Shown here in pieces: positions 51,019 to 61,441 of a stretch of DNA of 64,000 bases. The notes under the pieces are model-generated. The model was not told the origin of the DNA. It ran no database searches and saw only the letters and a list, made by a program, of their open reading frames with translations. The translations under genes and the position numbers were made by a program. Source of the DNA: Acidobacteriota bacterium (GTDB lineage Bacteria; Acidobacteriota; UBA6911; RPQK01; JAJDTT01); NCBI GenBank assembly GCA_965217775.1, contig CBDCJH010000002.1:96001-160000 (forward strand), read 5' to 3'. The stretch's first letter is position 1. Every line of letters begins with the position of its first letter.

Positions 51019-52479
51019 TCACGCTCGCCGGATGCTTGAGGCTCCAGCATCCTCGACATCGGAAACGGGAACCGCCGGCGGGGTCAGGAGGGATACCGAC
51101 ACATAGGCGAGGGTCGAGAGGAGCACCGCCGGGAAGACGCGGTGGACCAGGGCGACCTCCGGGAGGTGGGGCCAGACAATCAGGCAGGTGATCCCCGTGG
51201 CGTAGGAGGTCAGAACCGCCCGGCCGTTGCCCCGGTTCCAATAGAGTCCGAACAGCAGGCTGGGCAGGAAGCAGGAGGCGTAGAGGCTCCCGGAGAATGC
51301 CGTGATGGACACGACGCCCCCCGGAGGGTTCAACGCCACCACGGCGGTCACCACGGCGAAGAGAGCGACGTAGACGCGAGTGGACTGCAGGATGGCCCGT
51401 TCGCTGCGCCCCTTCCAGATCAGGCCCACCAGATCCCGCTCGCAGGTGGAGGCCACGACCAGAAGCACCGAATCCAGGGAGGACATGGCGGCGGAAACCA
51501 TGGCCACGAAAAGGAAGGCGCTCACGAAGGGACCGAAGACCTCCCCTCCGGCCAGAAGCGCCGGCACGACCCGGTCGGTGTCTTCCAGCCCCGGGGGCAG
51601 AATCCGGCGCGCGAACAGCCCGATGGGCGTCAGCAGGCTGAACACCAGAAGAAAAATTCCCGGGGAGATCCAGGCGCCCTGACGGACCGCCTTCCGATTC
51701 TCCAGGGCATAGAAGCGGGACAGTTGCCTGGGCTCCACCAAGGCCTTGATGGTGGTGGCGAAGATGACGCCCAGCAGCAGAGTCAGCGGGAGCGGTCCCG
51801 CCACCGAGGAGGGAACCTGATCCACAACCTGGGAAATCGGCTCCCAGCCGCCGGCGGCCCGGTAGGTCCCCGTGAAGAGCACCACGGCGGCGACGATCAT
51901 CAAACCGCCCTGAATCACGTCGGTCCGGACCACCGAATGGAAGCCGCCCACGGCCGTGTAGAGCATGACGACGACCAGAACCATTCCGATGGCCGTCCAG
52001 TAGGGGACCTCCAGGACCGCCTCCAGCAGGTTTCCGATGCCTTTGAAGACCGCCGTCATGTAGATCACGCTGGAAAAGAGAACCAGGAGGGCCGCTCCCA
52101 CCCGCGCCGGAGTGCTGGCGAAACGGAATCCGATGAAGTCGGGAACGGTGACCGAGCCCATGGAGGCGGTCCGCTCCCGCAACCGGGGCGCCACCCAGAT
52201 CCAGGCCATCCAGGTGAAACCCACCGCGAAGGGCACCAGGAGCAGCCAGGACAGACCGTAACTGTAAGCCTGACCCGAGAAACCCACGTAGCTGTTGGTG
52301 CTGGCGTAAGTGGCGAAAAACGAGATCCCCAGTGTGACGCCTCCCAGGGATCGTCCGCCGACGAAGAAGTCCAGCCAGCCTCGGGTCCGGCGCTGCCCGA
52401 TCCAGGCATGGTAGACCATGAGTGCCGTGTAGACGCCCAAGAGCGCCAGCACCAGGCCGTGTTCCCCGACCCAGGTCAC
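51019..52479 (-). CDS. sodium:solute symporter
   Basis: FFVGGRSLG, YTAVGG..SV..TD.IQ and SAAMSSLDS motifs; about 13 TM. Confidence 0.92.
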   Translation of the reverse strand: MTWVGEHGLVLALLGVYTALMVYHAWIGQRRTRGWLDFFVGGRSLGGVTLGISFFATYASTNSYVGFSGQAYSYGLSWLLLVPFAVGFTWMAWIWVAPRLRERTASMGSVTVPDFIGFRFASTPARVGAALLVLFSSVIYMTAVFKGIGNLLEAVLEVPYWTAIGMVLVVVMLYTAVGGFHSVVRTDVIQGGLMIVAAVVLFTGTYRAAGGWEPISQVVDQVPSSVAGPLPLTLLLGVIFATTIKALVEPRQLSRFYALENRKAVRQGAWISPGIFLLVFSLLTPIGLFARRILPPGLEDTDRVVPALLAGGEVFGPFVSAFLFVAMVSAAMSSLDSVLLVVASTCERDLVGLIWKGRSERAILQSTRVYVALFAVVTAVVALNPPGGVVSITAFSGSLYASCFLPSLLFGLYWNRGNGRAVLTSYATGITCLIVWPHLPEVALVHRVFPAVLLSTLAYVSVSLLTPPAVPVSDVEDAGASSIRRA

Positions 52480-52495
52480 GACGGGAGGCTCCTCG

Positions 52496-54232
52496 TCACC
52501 GGCCGCTCTCGCTCAGGAAGGCGGCCATGGTCTCGATATTTCGGGCGAAGGTTCGGGAGCTGATGATCCGCTCCAGCGGCGGCTTGTCTCCGCGAAAGAC
52601 GTTCAGCCTCCCGTTCTCGTTCAGGGGAACAGTCCGATCGCCGACGGTCACGACCATGTTCTCGGCTGCAAACAGGAAGATCACCGGGTCGGCCTTGCCC
52701 ACCGACCCCTCCTCGACCCACGCCCCCCGCGGGTCCATGCTCTGCACCAGGCTCCGGACCCGCCGGGACAGTTCCTGGCCGGACGGAAACGCAGTTTCTC
52801 CCCGCCAGGGCGAGAGGCCCTGGAGGCGCTCCGGGCGTCGAATGGCCGTGGGATCCTGGGAGAGCAGTGACCGGTATTCCTGCTCCGCCTTCTCCAGGCG
52901 GGTGCCGTCGGTCCAAAGGCCGTAGTGGGTGATGACGCTCTCGGGCGAGTAGCTCAGCTCGTACCCGTCCAGCAGGCGGCTGGATCCCGTCTCCACCCGG
53001 ACCCGGCTCCCCTTGGTGATGAAGAGGGGACGATTGGTGCCGAGCTCATAGAATCGAGCCAGACAGAGTTCTTCGGGACCACATCGTCCTCCTTCCCGGC
53101 GCCAGGGCCCTTCGGGCGGCAGGTTGGATTTGCGCAGGTACTCGACGGCCCGGGGAACGGGCTCCAGGTACTTCTTCCGGCCGGTCTCGCGGTACAGGAC
53201 CAGGAGCATCTGCAGCACGGCCTGAGACTCGGAGCCGGTGATCGACGGCGGCTCGAAGATCCTGCCCCAGGCGGGGTGCATACGGTCGTCATACTGCTGC
53301 GCCCAGGCGGGCTGGGGATCGGGCATCTGGGCCAGCAGAAGGAAGTCGCCCCCCTTTTCGGCCACGGCCCGGTAGCGAGGCTCGCCATAGATTCGCGCCG
53401 CCTCCAGGAAGGTGTCGATCACGTCCAGGATGGCGTTGTCGTTGAGGGTGTAGTGGTGCCGGTAGTCGGGACCCGGCCATTCGCGCGACCACGAGTCGGG
53501 ATACGCGGCGGACCGGGTGGCCGGGAGCCCAGGATCGGCCACCTTCTGAAAACGCTGGGGCCAGGCGCCGTTGGGGTATTGGGCCCGGGCCAGTTGATCG
53601 AGAGCGTAAAGGCTCGCCTCGTGGATCTTCGGGTCCTGGAATCCCAATTCCCGATCCACCCTCATCAGGAGGCGGAGCGCACCCTGGGTGACGTTGTCGT
53701 CCAACGTGCTGGCCGCCTTGGGTCCGGCGGTCTCTCCTTCCGGAGCGGAATCCAGCCTCTCGGCACAGTCCCCATCGACGCGGTAGGGATATGAACGGCG
53801 TTTCTCGGGATCCAATTCGATGATGTAGTCCCACCCCCCTGAACAGTGCTGCCCCCGAACCAGAAGCAGTGCAGTTTCCCGAGCCGCCTCCAGAAGGTCA
53901 GGGTCTCCCGTGGCCTCGTAGGCCCTCAGGTAGGCCATTCCCACCCGGGGCGTGCCTCCGGTCTGCACCGTGACCTGAGACGGACCCTCGGCCGCCTCGG
54001 ACCGCCCGTAGCTCAGGTCCGTGGCGTAACGGAAATGGTAACCGCCGGAGTTGGACACCTGAGTGCGGAAGAACTCCACCGCCTGTTTCAGGGCCTTCCG
54101 CACCTCCTCCGGGCCGACTGCTGCCGTCCCCGGACCTTCCTGCGGCGGAAAACAGGCGATCGGTCCCATTAAGGTCCAGAGTGCCACGAAACCTGAGCGA
54201 ACGCGTCTTCCGAGATCCGGTCCCAGTCCCAC
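52496..54232 (-). CDS. pectate lyase PL10-like (alpha/alpha barrel) exported protein
   Basis: Q..SGGW, TLDDN.T, AQYPNGAWPQ, TLNDN, QPAWAQQYD..M.PAW.R.FEP and ARFYE motifs. Confidence 0.75.
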   Translation of the reverse strand: MGLGPDLGRRVRSGFVALWTLMGPIACFPPQEGPGTAAVGPEEVRKALKQAVEFFRTQVSNSGGYHFRYATDLSYGRSEAAEGPSQVTVQTGGTPRVGMAYLRAYEATGDPDLLEAARETALLLVRGQHCSGGWDYIIELDPEKRRSYPYRVDGDCAERLDSAPEGETAGPKAASTLDDNVTQGALRLLMRVDRELGFQDPKIHEASLYALDQLARAQYPNGAWPQRFQKVADPGLPATRSAAYPDSWSREWPGPDYRHHYTLNDNAILDVIDTFLEAARIYGEPRYRAVAEKGGDFLLLAQMPDPQPAWAQQYDDRMHPAWGRIFEPPSITGSESQAVLQMLLVLYRETGRKKYLEPVPRAVEYLRKSNLPPEGPWRREGGRCGPEELCLARFYELGTNRPLFITKGSRVRVETGSSRLLDGYELSYSPESVITHYGLWTDGTRLEKAEQEYRSLLSQDPTAIRRPERLQGLSPWRGETAFPSGQELSRRVRSLVQSMDPRGAWVEEGSVGKADPVIFLFAAENMVVTVGDRTVPLNENGRLNVFRGDKPPLERIISSRTFARNIETMAAFLSESGR

Positions 54233-54382
54233 GAATTCTCTCCTTTATTCTGTTGGCGAAGGTCAGGTCGACCGGACCGAAGTATGTTTCCGTCCGAGGC
54301 TCCGAGTCAACGCCGTGATCCAGTGCCGACGCCGACGGTTTTACTGCGATTTAATGAAGGAAAGCTTCCCCGATGACCCAAC

Positions 54383-55930
54383 TCAGCGTCTCGAAGCCAA
54401 GTCCCGCAACTCCGAATTCGCACGTTCGGCGGTCTCCTGATCGCCTGCGGCCGTCGCAGCCTTGCGCAGACCCAGCAGTGAGAGGGCGCGCCTGGGCGTG
54501 CGTTCCAGGGAGGCCTGGAATGCCTTCAATGCATCGCCGGCCTGGTCAGTCGCCAACAGTATCTCGCCAAGCAACTCAGGGGCCGGCTTGGGTGGAATCG
54601 ACGGTCCATAACCGAACGGAGTCCGCTCTTCGAACTGAACCGCTTGGCGGAGGGTCGCGACGGCGGCGTCCGGCTTGCCGTCTTCGAGCTGCAAAAGGCC
54701 TTCGAGTTCCAGCGCGGCAATGGGCAGTGAGGTCTCTTCATCAGCTTCGGCGTCCGCCTTGGCACGAAGCTTCGCAGCCCATTCGCGGGCGCCGGAGACG
54801 TCTCCGGTCTTGAGCGCGCGGAATCCCTCGGCGAGCGCGTTTGCACCCCAGGCCCTCGGGGACAGATCGCCGTCAACGGCCCGGACGTCGGCGGTCCATT
54901 GTTCCCCGTCCATGAGCAGGTGCGCTCGCATGTAAGCTTGGTGGTTGCGAGTGCGTTTCGAGTCCGCTTGGGCGGCATCCTGCTCGACGATCGACAGCTT
55001 CTCCCGGGCTTCGGCCAGCATCCCCTTTTGCAGATACGCGTATTGCATCCACCAGAGGGCGTGATAGCCCCGATCGTCGCTTCCCAAGCCCAGGCGAGCG
55101 ATGCGGTCCTCGGAGGAATTCCAAGAGTCGAGGTTCGAAGAGATGCACTCATCCCACATGCCCAGCGCCAGGAAGATGTGCGACGGCATGTGCTGGGCGT
55201 GGGGCGCCGCCGAGGCCACCTTCGAATAGAGGTGTGCATACCGTAGGCCGAGAGGGGCATGGACCGGATCATCGAAGGCGTGGATCAGGTAGTGCAGCGC
55301 TCCTGGGTGATTGGGATTCCTCCGAAAGACTCCTTCGCCGATCGACGCGATCTTCATGTACGTCCGATGGTCACGCTCCCCGCCGGTCACGCCGAACATC
55401 GAGACGGCGTAAAGGCTGGCGGCTTCCTGATCCTCCGGATAAGCTCTCGATACCTGCCCCATCGCGTCGGAGTAGCGTCTCCAGCGCCGATCTCGCTCAC
55501 CATCGCCAAACAGGATCGCGGCAGCGTCCAGGTAGGCCTGTTCCCTGGGGGTGACGGACGAACCGCCGGGAGCCTGCTCGAGGGCCGAGCGCCCCTCGTC
55601 CAGGTTCTCGCGACCCCAGACCGGCCGATAATGCGTGAGTGCCTCTCCCCAATGAGACAGTGCGAATGAAGAATCGACGGCCTGAGCGTCGCGAAACGCC
55701 GCCGCCGCGTCGTCGTATTCGAAGCTGTGCAAGAGCAGCATGCCTCGAAAGAAGGGCTCCTGGGCGGCGGCGCCACCGCTGTTGGGAAAGCTGATGACAC
55801 CTAGTTGCGTTCCGATTTTTCGAACGGTTTCGCTTTGATCGCCGACCCCGCCGCCGGAAGTGACAATGTCCGTGACATCGCACGCCGAGGCCAGGAGAAC
55901 GACACCGGCAGCCACCAGAGTTTTCAGCAT
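54383..55930 (-). CDS. TPR-repeat lipoprotein
   Basis: MLKTLVAAGVVLLASAC lipobox; LLHSF.Y..A, PNHPGALHYLIH and HAQHMPSHIF motifs. Confidence 0.8.
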   Translation of the reverse strand: MLKTLVAAGVVLLASACDVTDIVTSGGGVGDQSETVRKIGTQLGVISFPNSGGAAAQEPFFRGMLLLHSFEYDDAAAAFRDAQAVDSSFALSHWGEALTHYRPVWGRENLDEGRSALEQAPGGSSVTPREQAYLDAAAILFGDGERDRRWRRYSDAMGQVSRAYPEDQEAASLYAVSMFGVTGGERDHRTYMKIASIGEGVFRRNPNHPGALHYLIHAFDDPVHAPLGLRYAHLYSKVASAAPHAQHMPSHIFLALGMWDECISSNLDSWNSSEDRIARLGLGSDDRGYHALWWMQYAYLQKGMLAEAREKLSIVEQDAAQADSKRTRNHQAYMRAHLLMDGEQWTADVRAVDGDLSPRAWGANALAEGFRALKTGDVSGAREWAAKLRAKADAEADEETSLPIAALELEGLLQLEDGKPDAAVATLRQAVQFEERTPFGYGPSIPPKPAPELLGEILLATDQAGDALKAFQASLERTPRRALSLLGLRKAATAAGDQETAERANSELRDLASRR

Positions 55931-56251
55931 TTTCTTCCTCCCCATGGGGAATTTCCGTAAGGATCTCTCAACTATATCGAAATCGAGCAATTCCCCCATG
56001 GGTCCCGCTCCCCACACCCACTGAGCCGGTCAGATCACCTGTCGGCAGTACCGGCATACGTTTCTTGGCCAAGGCCAAGGCAATTGACAGCTTCCGACGA
56101 TCTGATGCTAGAATATCTTTTCTTGCGGGACACTTCCCCGCTGCAAGTTGCACGAGTGGGCTGGTTGTTGGCAAGTGAACCCGAACTCGCCCCCGACGGA
56201 TGCCCAGTCGTTTATCGAGAGTGATCGGTCCGTGTCGCCGGTAACGTATCA

Positions 56252-57082
56252 ATGAGGAAGGAGAACATGGAAAGCTCCCCCCGCACCATGATCGAAGCCC
56301 AAGGGCTCAGCAAGTACTACGGGCCCTTCGTCGCCATAGAGGACATCAGTTTCTCCATCCCGGAAGGCCAGATCGTCGCCTTTCTGGGGCCCAATGGAGC
56401 GGGCAAGTCCACCACCATCAGGATTCTCACCGGCTATCTGGCCGCCAGTGGCGGGACCGCTCTCATCGGCGGTCTCAACGTCCACCAGAAGCGGCTCGAA
56501 GCGGCCCGGATTCTCGGTTACCTGCCCGAGAACGGGCCCTTGTACCTGGACATGACACCTTCGGAGCTGCTCAGGTTCTTCGGAGAGGCTCGCGGCCTGG
56601 CCGGCGACGAACTGGAGGATCGCCTCGACGCCGTGAGCCGGCAGTTCGCTCTGGACGACGTTCTGGAGAAGCCCATCGGGAAGCTCTCCCGCGGATACCG
56701 GCAGCGGGTGGGGCTGGCCCAAGCCATGCTCCACGATCCCGAGGTCCTCATCATGGACGAGCCCACGGCCGGCCTGGACCCGAACCAGATCCGGGAATTC
56801 CGCTCCAGCATCCAGGAACTGGGAAAGCGCAAGACGATCCTCATTTCGACTCACATCCTGCAGGAAGTGAACGCCGTGGCCGACCGCGTACTCTTCGTCC
56901 ACGATGGGCGAATGATCTTTGACGGGAGTCCCCGGGAGCTGATGCAGGACGGCTCTCTGGAGAGATCCTTCTACCGCATGACTCAGCCGGACACCGGCGG
57001 GGCCGCCGTCTCGACCGGGGACGGATCGGCCACAGAAGAGGCCGAAGTCACGGCCGCGTCCGAATCGGGAGGTGGAGAGTGA
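56252..57082 (+). CDS. ABC ATPase, GldA-like
   Basis: GPNGAGKST, GYLPE, LSRGYRQRVGLAQA, DEPTAGLDP and STHIL motifs. Confidence 0.92.
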   Translation: MRKENMESSPRTMIEAQGLSKYYGPFVAIEDISFSIPEGQIVAFLGPNGAGKSTTIRILTGYLAASGGTALIGGLNVHQKRLEAARILGYLPENGPLYLDMTPSELLRFFGEARGLAGDELEDRLDAVSRQFALDDVLEKPIGKLSRGYRQRVGLAQAMLHDPEVLIMDEPTAGLDPNQIREFRSSIQELGKRKTILISTHILQEVNAVADRVLFVHDGRMIFDGSPRELMQDGSLERSFYRMTQPDTGGAAVSTGDGSATEEAEVTAASESGGGE

Positions 57083-59841
57083 AGCGACCCGAGATCAACA
57101 CCACTTTCGTCCTGGCACTGGTCAAGCGGGACCTGTGGAAGTACTTCACGAGTCCCACCGGCTATGTCTTCATCACGCTGTTCATCCTTCTGAGCACCGC
57201 CGCGGCCTTTTGGCAGGATCGTTTCTTTCTGGACAACCTGGCCAATCTGGACCAGCTCAACTACATGTTTCCCTACCTGCTCCTGTTCTTCATTCCGGCG
57301 CTCACCATGTCGGTCTGGTCCGAGGAGAGGAAGCAGGGCACCGACGAGCTGCTCTTCACCTTGCCGGCCACCAGCCTTGAGATCGTCATCGGCAAGTATC
57401 TGGCCACCCTCGGCATCTACACCGCGTCTCTGGTGCTTTCCCTGAGCCACGTCCTGGTCCTGGGTTGGCTCGGCAGTCCCGATCTGGGACTCATGTTCAG
57501 CAATTATGTCGGTTACTGGCTGCTGGGAGGCGCATTGATCGCCGTGGGGATGCTGGCCTCGCTGCTCACGGCAAACGCCACCATAGCCTTCATCATGGGC
57601 GCCGTGTTCTGCGCCTTCTTCGTTCTAATCGACCTGATGGGCTCCCTCGGAGCCGGTCTGGATGAGCTGGTGGCTCCACTCGGGGTCTATCGGCACTTCG
57701 ACGACTTCGCCCGCGGCGTCATGAGCTTCTCCGGGCTCCTCTACTTCCTGTCCATCGCCGGACTCATGCTCTACCTCAACGTGCTCCTGGTGGAGAAGCG
57801 GCATTGGCCCCGAGAGGCCGACGGGCGTCCCATGTGGCTCCACCATTCGATGCGGACGGTCGGCCTGGTGCTGGCCGTGATCGGCCTCAACCTGATTCTG
57901 GGACGAGCGGGCCTCCGCGGCGACGCCACCGCCGAGGGCCTCCACTCACTGAGCGACGAGACGGTCTCCCTGATTTCCGAGTTGTCCGACGATCGCCCCG
58001 TCTTCATCCAGGCGTACGTGAGCCCCGAGGTCCCGGAGCAGTTGGTGCAGACCCGGGCCAATCTGCTGGGAGTGCTGGGAGAGATCGAATCGGTGGGAGG
58101 CGCGCGGATTCAGGTTCTGATCGAGGATACGGAACCCTTCACCCAAGCGGCTCGCGATGCCCGGGAGAAATTCGGAATCACCCCCCGGCAGGTGCCCCAT
58201 CTGGGCAGCGCCCGCGCCGGCTTCACCGACGTGTTCCTGGGCGTGGCCTTCACCTGCGGCGCCGAGGAGCAGGTGACTCCCTTTCTCGAGCGGGGCTTGC
58301 CCATCGAGTACGAGATCACTCGCAGCGTTCGGGTGGTGGCCAAGACGGAACGGAAAACGGTCGGCATCCTGGGAACCGAAGCCAAGCTCTTCGGTGGATT
58401 CGACTTCCAGAGCATGCGCAGCAATCCGTCCTGGCCGGTGGTGGAGGAGTTGAGGAAGCAGTACGACGTGGTGCAGGTTTCGTCGGCCGCTCCCATCCGG
58501 CAGGAATTGGACGGCCTCTTCGCGGCCCTGCCCTCCTCTTTGCCTCAACCGGAATTGGACAACTTGCTGGAATATATGCAGCAGGGACACCCGACACTCC
58601 TGCTGGTGGACCCGTTGCCCATTGTCAATATCGGGCTTTCGCCCTCGGAGCGATCCGGCGCCAACGTCAACCCCTTTCAGCGCCAGCAGGGTCCGCCTCC
58701 CAAGCCGAAGGGGGACATCCTGACCCTGCTCGCCCGGATCGGAGTCCGCTGGGACAAGGCCGGGATCGTCTGGGACAGCTACAACCCCCACCCCGACCTG
58801 GCCCATCTGCCGGAGGAAGTGGTCTTCGTCGGTGAGGGGAACGACAATGAACAGGCCTTCAACCGGGAGCACCCGGCCAGCGTCGCCCTCCAGGAGCTGG
58901 TCTTCCTGTTCCCCGGTCACCTGAAGCGGGAGGCCGGCTCCGACTTGGAATTCCAGCCACTGGTTCGCTCCGGCCAGGCGTCGGCGGTCCAGAACTACTC
59001 CCGGATGGTTCAGCGGAACTTTTTCGGAGTCCAATTGGCCCGCAGGCTTCCACATCGGCCGGATGACCGGGATTACATCCTGGCCGCGCACGTCCGGAGC
59101 AAGGATCTGGAGACGGAGCAGGGTGAATCCGGGACTGAAGCCGAGGTGTCCGAGGAGGAGGCCTCGGAAGGCGCCGCGGAAAGTACCGACCCGGACCGGG
59201 AGGGAGAGACGAAGGAGGACGAGCCCGAGCGGATCAACGCCATCGTGGTGGCGGACCTGGATTTCATCTCCCAGCAGTTCTTCTCGATCCGGGCTCAAGG
59301 CCCCGAGACGCTCAACTTCGACAACGTCACCTTCTTCCTCAACTGCATGGACGTTCTCATGGGTGACGAATCCTTCGTAGCCCTCCGCAACAAGCGCGTG
59401 CGCCACCGGACTCTGGAGCGGGTCGAAGCGCAGACTCGCAGCTTTATCGAACAGCGGGTCAAGGACGAGGAGGAAGCCGAAGAAGTGGCCGAGAAGGCCC
59501 TCAAGCAGGCTCAGGAGCGCCTGCAGGAGAAAGTGGACGAGGTGCGCCAGCGCCTGGACTTGGACGCTCAGGCCAAGCAGATCATGGCCCAGAATCTCCA
59601 GGAAGTCGAAAATCGCCGCTTCGAGGTCCTGAAGGCCAACATCGAAGCGGAAAAAGAGTCCAAGATCAGCGCCAGCAAGGAGAACATGGAGAGTCAGATC
59701 CGGAGGATCCAGGGCAACATCCGGACCTACGCGGTCCTGCTCCCTCCGGTTCCCGTGTTCGTACTTGGCGTGCTGATCTTTGTGCGCCGCCAGCGCCGGG
59801 AAGAGGAAGGCGCGCGGGCGGCCCGAAGGTTGAGGTCGTAG
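57079..59841 (+). CDS. GldF (ABC-2 permease)-GldG fusion protein
   Basis: YFTSP.GYV, PALTM..W.EERKQGT.ELL, GKYLA; D.T....SLS.ET, EYEIT, VVAD.DF, N..FFLN..D; coiled coil and C-terminal TM. Confidence 0.88.
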   Translation: MKRPEINTTFVLALVKRDLWKYFTSPTGYVFITLFILLSTAAAFWQDRFFLDNLANLDQLNYMFPYLLLFFIPALTMSVWSEERKQGTDELLFTLPATSLEIVIGKYLATLGIYTASLVLSLSHVLVLGWLGSPDLGLMFSNYVGYWLLGGALIAVGMLASLLTANATIAFIMGAVFCAFFVLIDLMGSLGAGLDELVAPLGVYRHFDDFARGVMSFSGLLYFLSIAGLMLYLNVLLVEKRHWPREADGRPMWLHHSMRTVGLVLAVIGLNLILGRAGLRGDATAEGLHSLSDETVSLISELSDDRPVFIQAYVSPEVPEQLVQTRANLLGVLGEIESVGGARIQVLIEDTEPFTQAARDAREKFGITPRQVPHLGSARAGFTDVFLGVAFTCGAEEQVTPFLERGLPIEYEITRSVRVVAKTERKTVGILGTEAKLFGGFDFQSMRSNPSWPVVEELRKQYDVVQVSSAAPIRQELDGLFAALPSSLPQPELDNLLEYMQQGHPTLLLVDPLPIVNIGLSPSERSGANVNPFQRQQGPPPKPKGDILTLLARIGVRWDKAGIVWDSYNPHPDLAHLPEEVVFVGEGNDNEQAFNREHPASVALQELVFLFPGHLKREAGSDLEFQPLVRSGQASAVQNYSRMVQRNFFGVQLARRLPHRPDDRDYILAAHVRSKDLETEQGESGTEAEVSEEEASEGAAESTDPDREGETKEDEPERINAIVVADLDFISQQFFSIRAQGPETLNFDNVTFFLNCMDVLMGDESFVALRNKRVRHRTLERVEAQTRSFIEQRVKDEEEAEEVAEKALKQAQERLQEKVDEVRQRLDLDAQAKQIMAQNLQEVENRRFEVLKANIEAEKESKISASKENMESQIRRIQGNIRTYAVLLPPVPVFVLGVLIFVRRQRREEEGARAARRLRS

Positions 59842-59862
59842 GGACGTCCGTTGTGGGCGCCC
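59838..59862 (+). repeat. complete degenerate GTAG-type REP
   Basis: GTAGGGACGTCCGTTGTGGGCGCCC, same family as the IS481 flanks. Confidence 0.55.
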
Positions 59863-59895
59863 TCTTCGACCGGACCCGGAGTGCCGGTGTCATAT

Positions 59896-60053
59896 CAGCC
59901 CGTGGCAAAAGTCGTCACGGCATTCGACCGTCCCTGCATCCCGGCGGACTGCGTTGCGATTCGGTCACATACTCCCGGTATGCTCCCGAATCGCGCCTTG
60001 TCCGGCGGGCGCAGGAACGGTCTCGGTGCTCGCGAGACTTTCACCACGGACTG
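59896..60053 (+). mobile_element. MITE family A, copy 7
   Basis: 158 bp; ATAT/ATAT TSD. Confidence 0.93.
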
Positions 60054-60084
60054 ATATTCCAAAAAAGGTTGAGGTCATAGAACC

Positions 60085-61374
60085 ATGAGTGAAACCAACA
60101 AATCCTTGAGCTACCTGGGCGGCGGCGTCCTGATTCTGCTGGTCGCCCTGGTGACGGTTCCCAGCAGGGTCACCCCCGACGCTTTCATGGACGTCGGCGA
60201 ATCCTTCTTCCCCGAGTTCAGCGATCCGAACGTAGCGGTCTCGCTGGAGGTGGTGGATTTCGACGGGGACACGGCATCGGCCCGCCCCTTCAAGGTGACC
60301 TCTCAGGGAGGGAAGTGGACCATCCCATCGCACCACGACTATCCCGCCGACGGCAAGGAGCTCCTGGCCAAGACGGCCGCCGGCATCATCGAGATGCGTA
60401 AGGACGACTTCCGGTCCAACAACGTCTCGGACCATGAGACCTGTGGAGTCCTGGACCCGCTGGACGAAGGAGAGACCAGCCTGCGGGGCCGGGGACGCCG
60501 GGTCACCATCAAAGGGGAGGGAAACGAGGTCCTGGCCGATCTGATCGTGGGCAAGAAGGTGGAGGAGCGGGAGAACCTCCGCTTCGTTCGGTTGCCGGAC
60601 CAGAAGCGGGTCTATGTGGCCCAGATGCCGGTAGAGCCCTCCACCAAGTTCGAGGACTGGATCGAGAAGGACCTGCTGCAGCTTGAGAAGGACGACATCG
60701 TCCGCGTGGTCCTGGAGAACTACTCCATCAACGAGCGCACCGGCTCGCTCAATCGGCGCGGCAAGCTGGACCTGACCAAGAAGGGCAGCGATTGGACCCT
60801 CGACAAACTTCGCTCCAACGAGGAGATGGAGACGTACCGGGCCAGCGAGCTGATGCGGTCCATCGACGAGCTCAACATCGTGGGTGTCCGGCCCAAACCT
60901 GCGGGGTTGTCCCGCACCCTGATGCGGACCGAGGGGTCGTCCAGAATCACCCAGGCCGACATGATGTCTCTCCAGAGCAAGGGGTTCTACTTCACGCGCC
61001 AGGGATCGCTGGTCTCCAACGAAGGAGAGATGACGGTCCTGACCTCCGACGGTGTGACCTACACCCTCCGCTTCGGCGAGGTCGTCTACGGGTCGGGGGA
61101 GGCGGTCACCGCCGGCAGCGACGCCAGTGACGACAAGGAGAGCGGTCCCGGTGAGAATCGCTACCTTTTCATCAGCACCTCATTTGAGGAGAAGGACATC
61201 CAGAACCCTGCAACGGAGGAAGAGGAGCGAAAGAAACAGGTGGAGGAGGCGCAGGAGCGCTCCGATCAGCTCAATTCCCGTTTCGCCGCCTGGTACTACG
61301 TCATCTCCGACGACAGCTTCGACCGGGTCCACCTGAGCCGCGACGACCTGGTGAGAGAGAAAGCCAAGACCTGA
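60085..61374 (+). CDS. DUF4340 domain protein (Gld-like ABC partner)
   Basis: N-terminal TM; W....YPAD, LIVGK and FVR......VY motifs; usual third gene of gldA/FG operons. Confidence 0.8.
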   Translation: MSETNKSLSYLGGGVLILLVALVTVPSRVTPDAFMDVGESFFPEFSDPNVAVSLEVVDFDGDTASARPFKVTSQGGKWTIPSHHDYPADGKELLAKTAAGIIEMRKDDFRSNNVSDHETCGVLDPLDEGETSLRGRGRRVTIKGEGNEVLADLIVGKKVEERENLRFVRLPDQKRVYVAQMPVEPSTKFEDWIEKDLLQLEKDDIVRVVLENYSINERTGSLNRRGKLDLTKKGSDWTLDKLRSNEEMETYRASELMRSIDELNIVGVRPKPAGLSRTLMRTEGSSRITQADMMSLQSKGFYFTRQGSLVSNEGEMTVLTSDGVTYTLRFGEVVYGSGEAVTAGSDASDDKESGPGENRYLFISTSFEEKDIQNPATEEEERKKQVEEAQERSDQLNSRFAAWYYVISDDSFDRVHLSRDDLVREKAKT

Positions 61375-61441
61375 GCCGTCCACACACGCGCTGTCGGGTG
61401 GCATCGACCATTGCCGCCTGAAACGGACAGTAGAACAGTTA

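Noticed and set aside
55931-56251. Riboswitch/ncRNA or promoter in the divergent TPR/gldA gap (TTGACA-19-TAGAAT at 56084-56114)
   Set aside because: No recognisable RNA family motif, and the 19-nt spacer makes the promoter call too weak to list.
56252-61374. Gliding motility machinery
   Set aside because: gldA/F/G-like ABC genes with DUF4340 are widespread in non-gliding bacteria, and no gldK-N or spr genes are present here.
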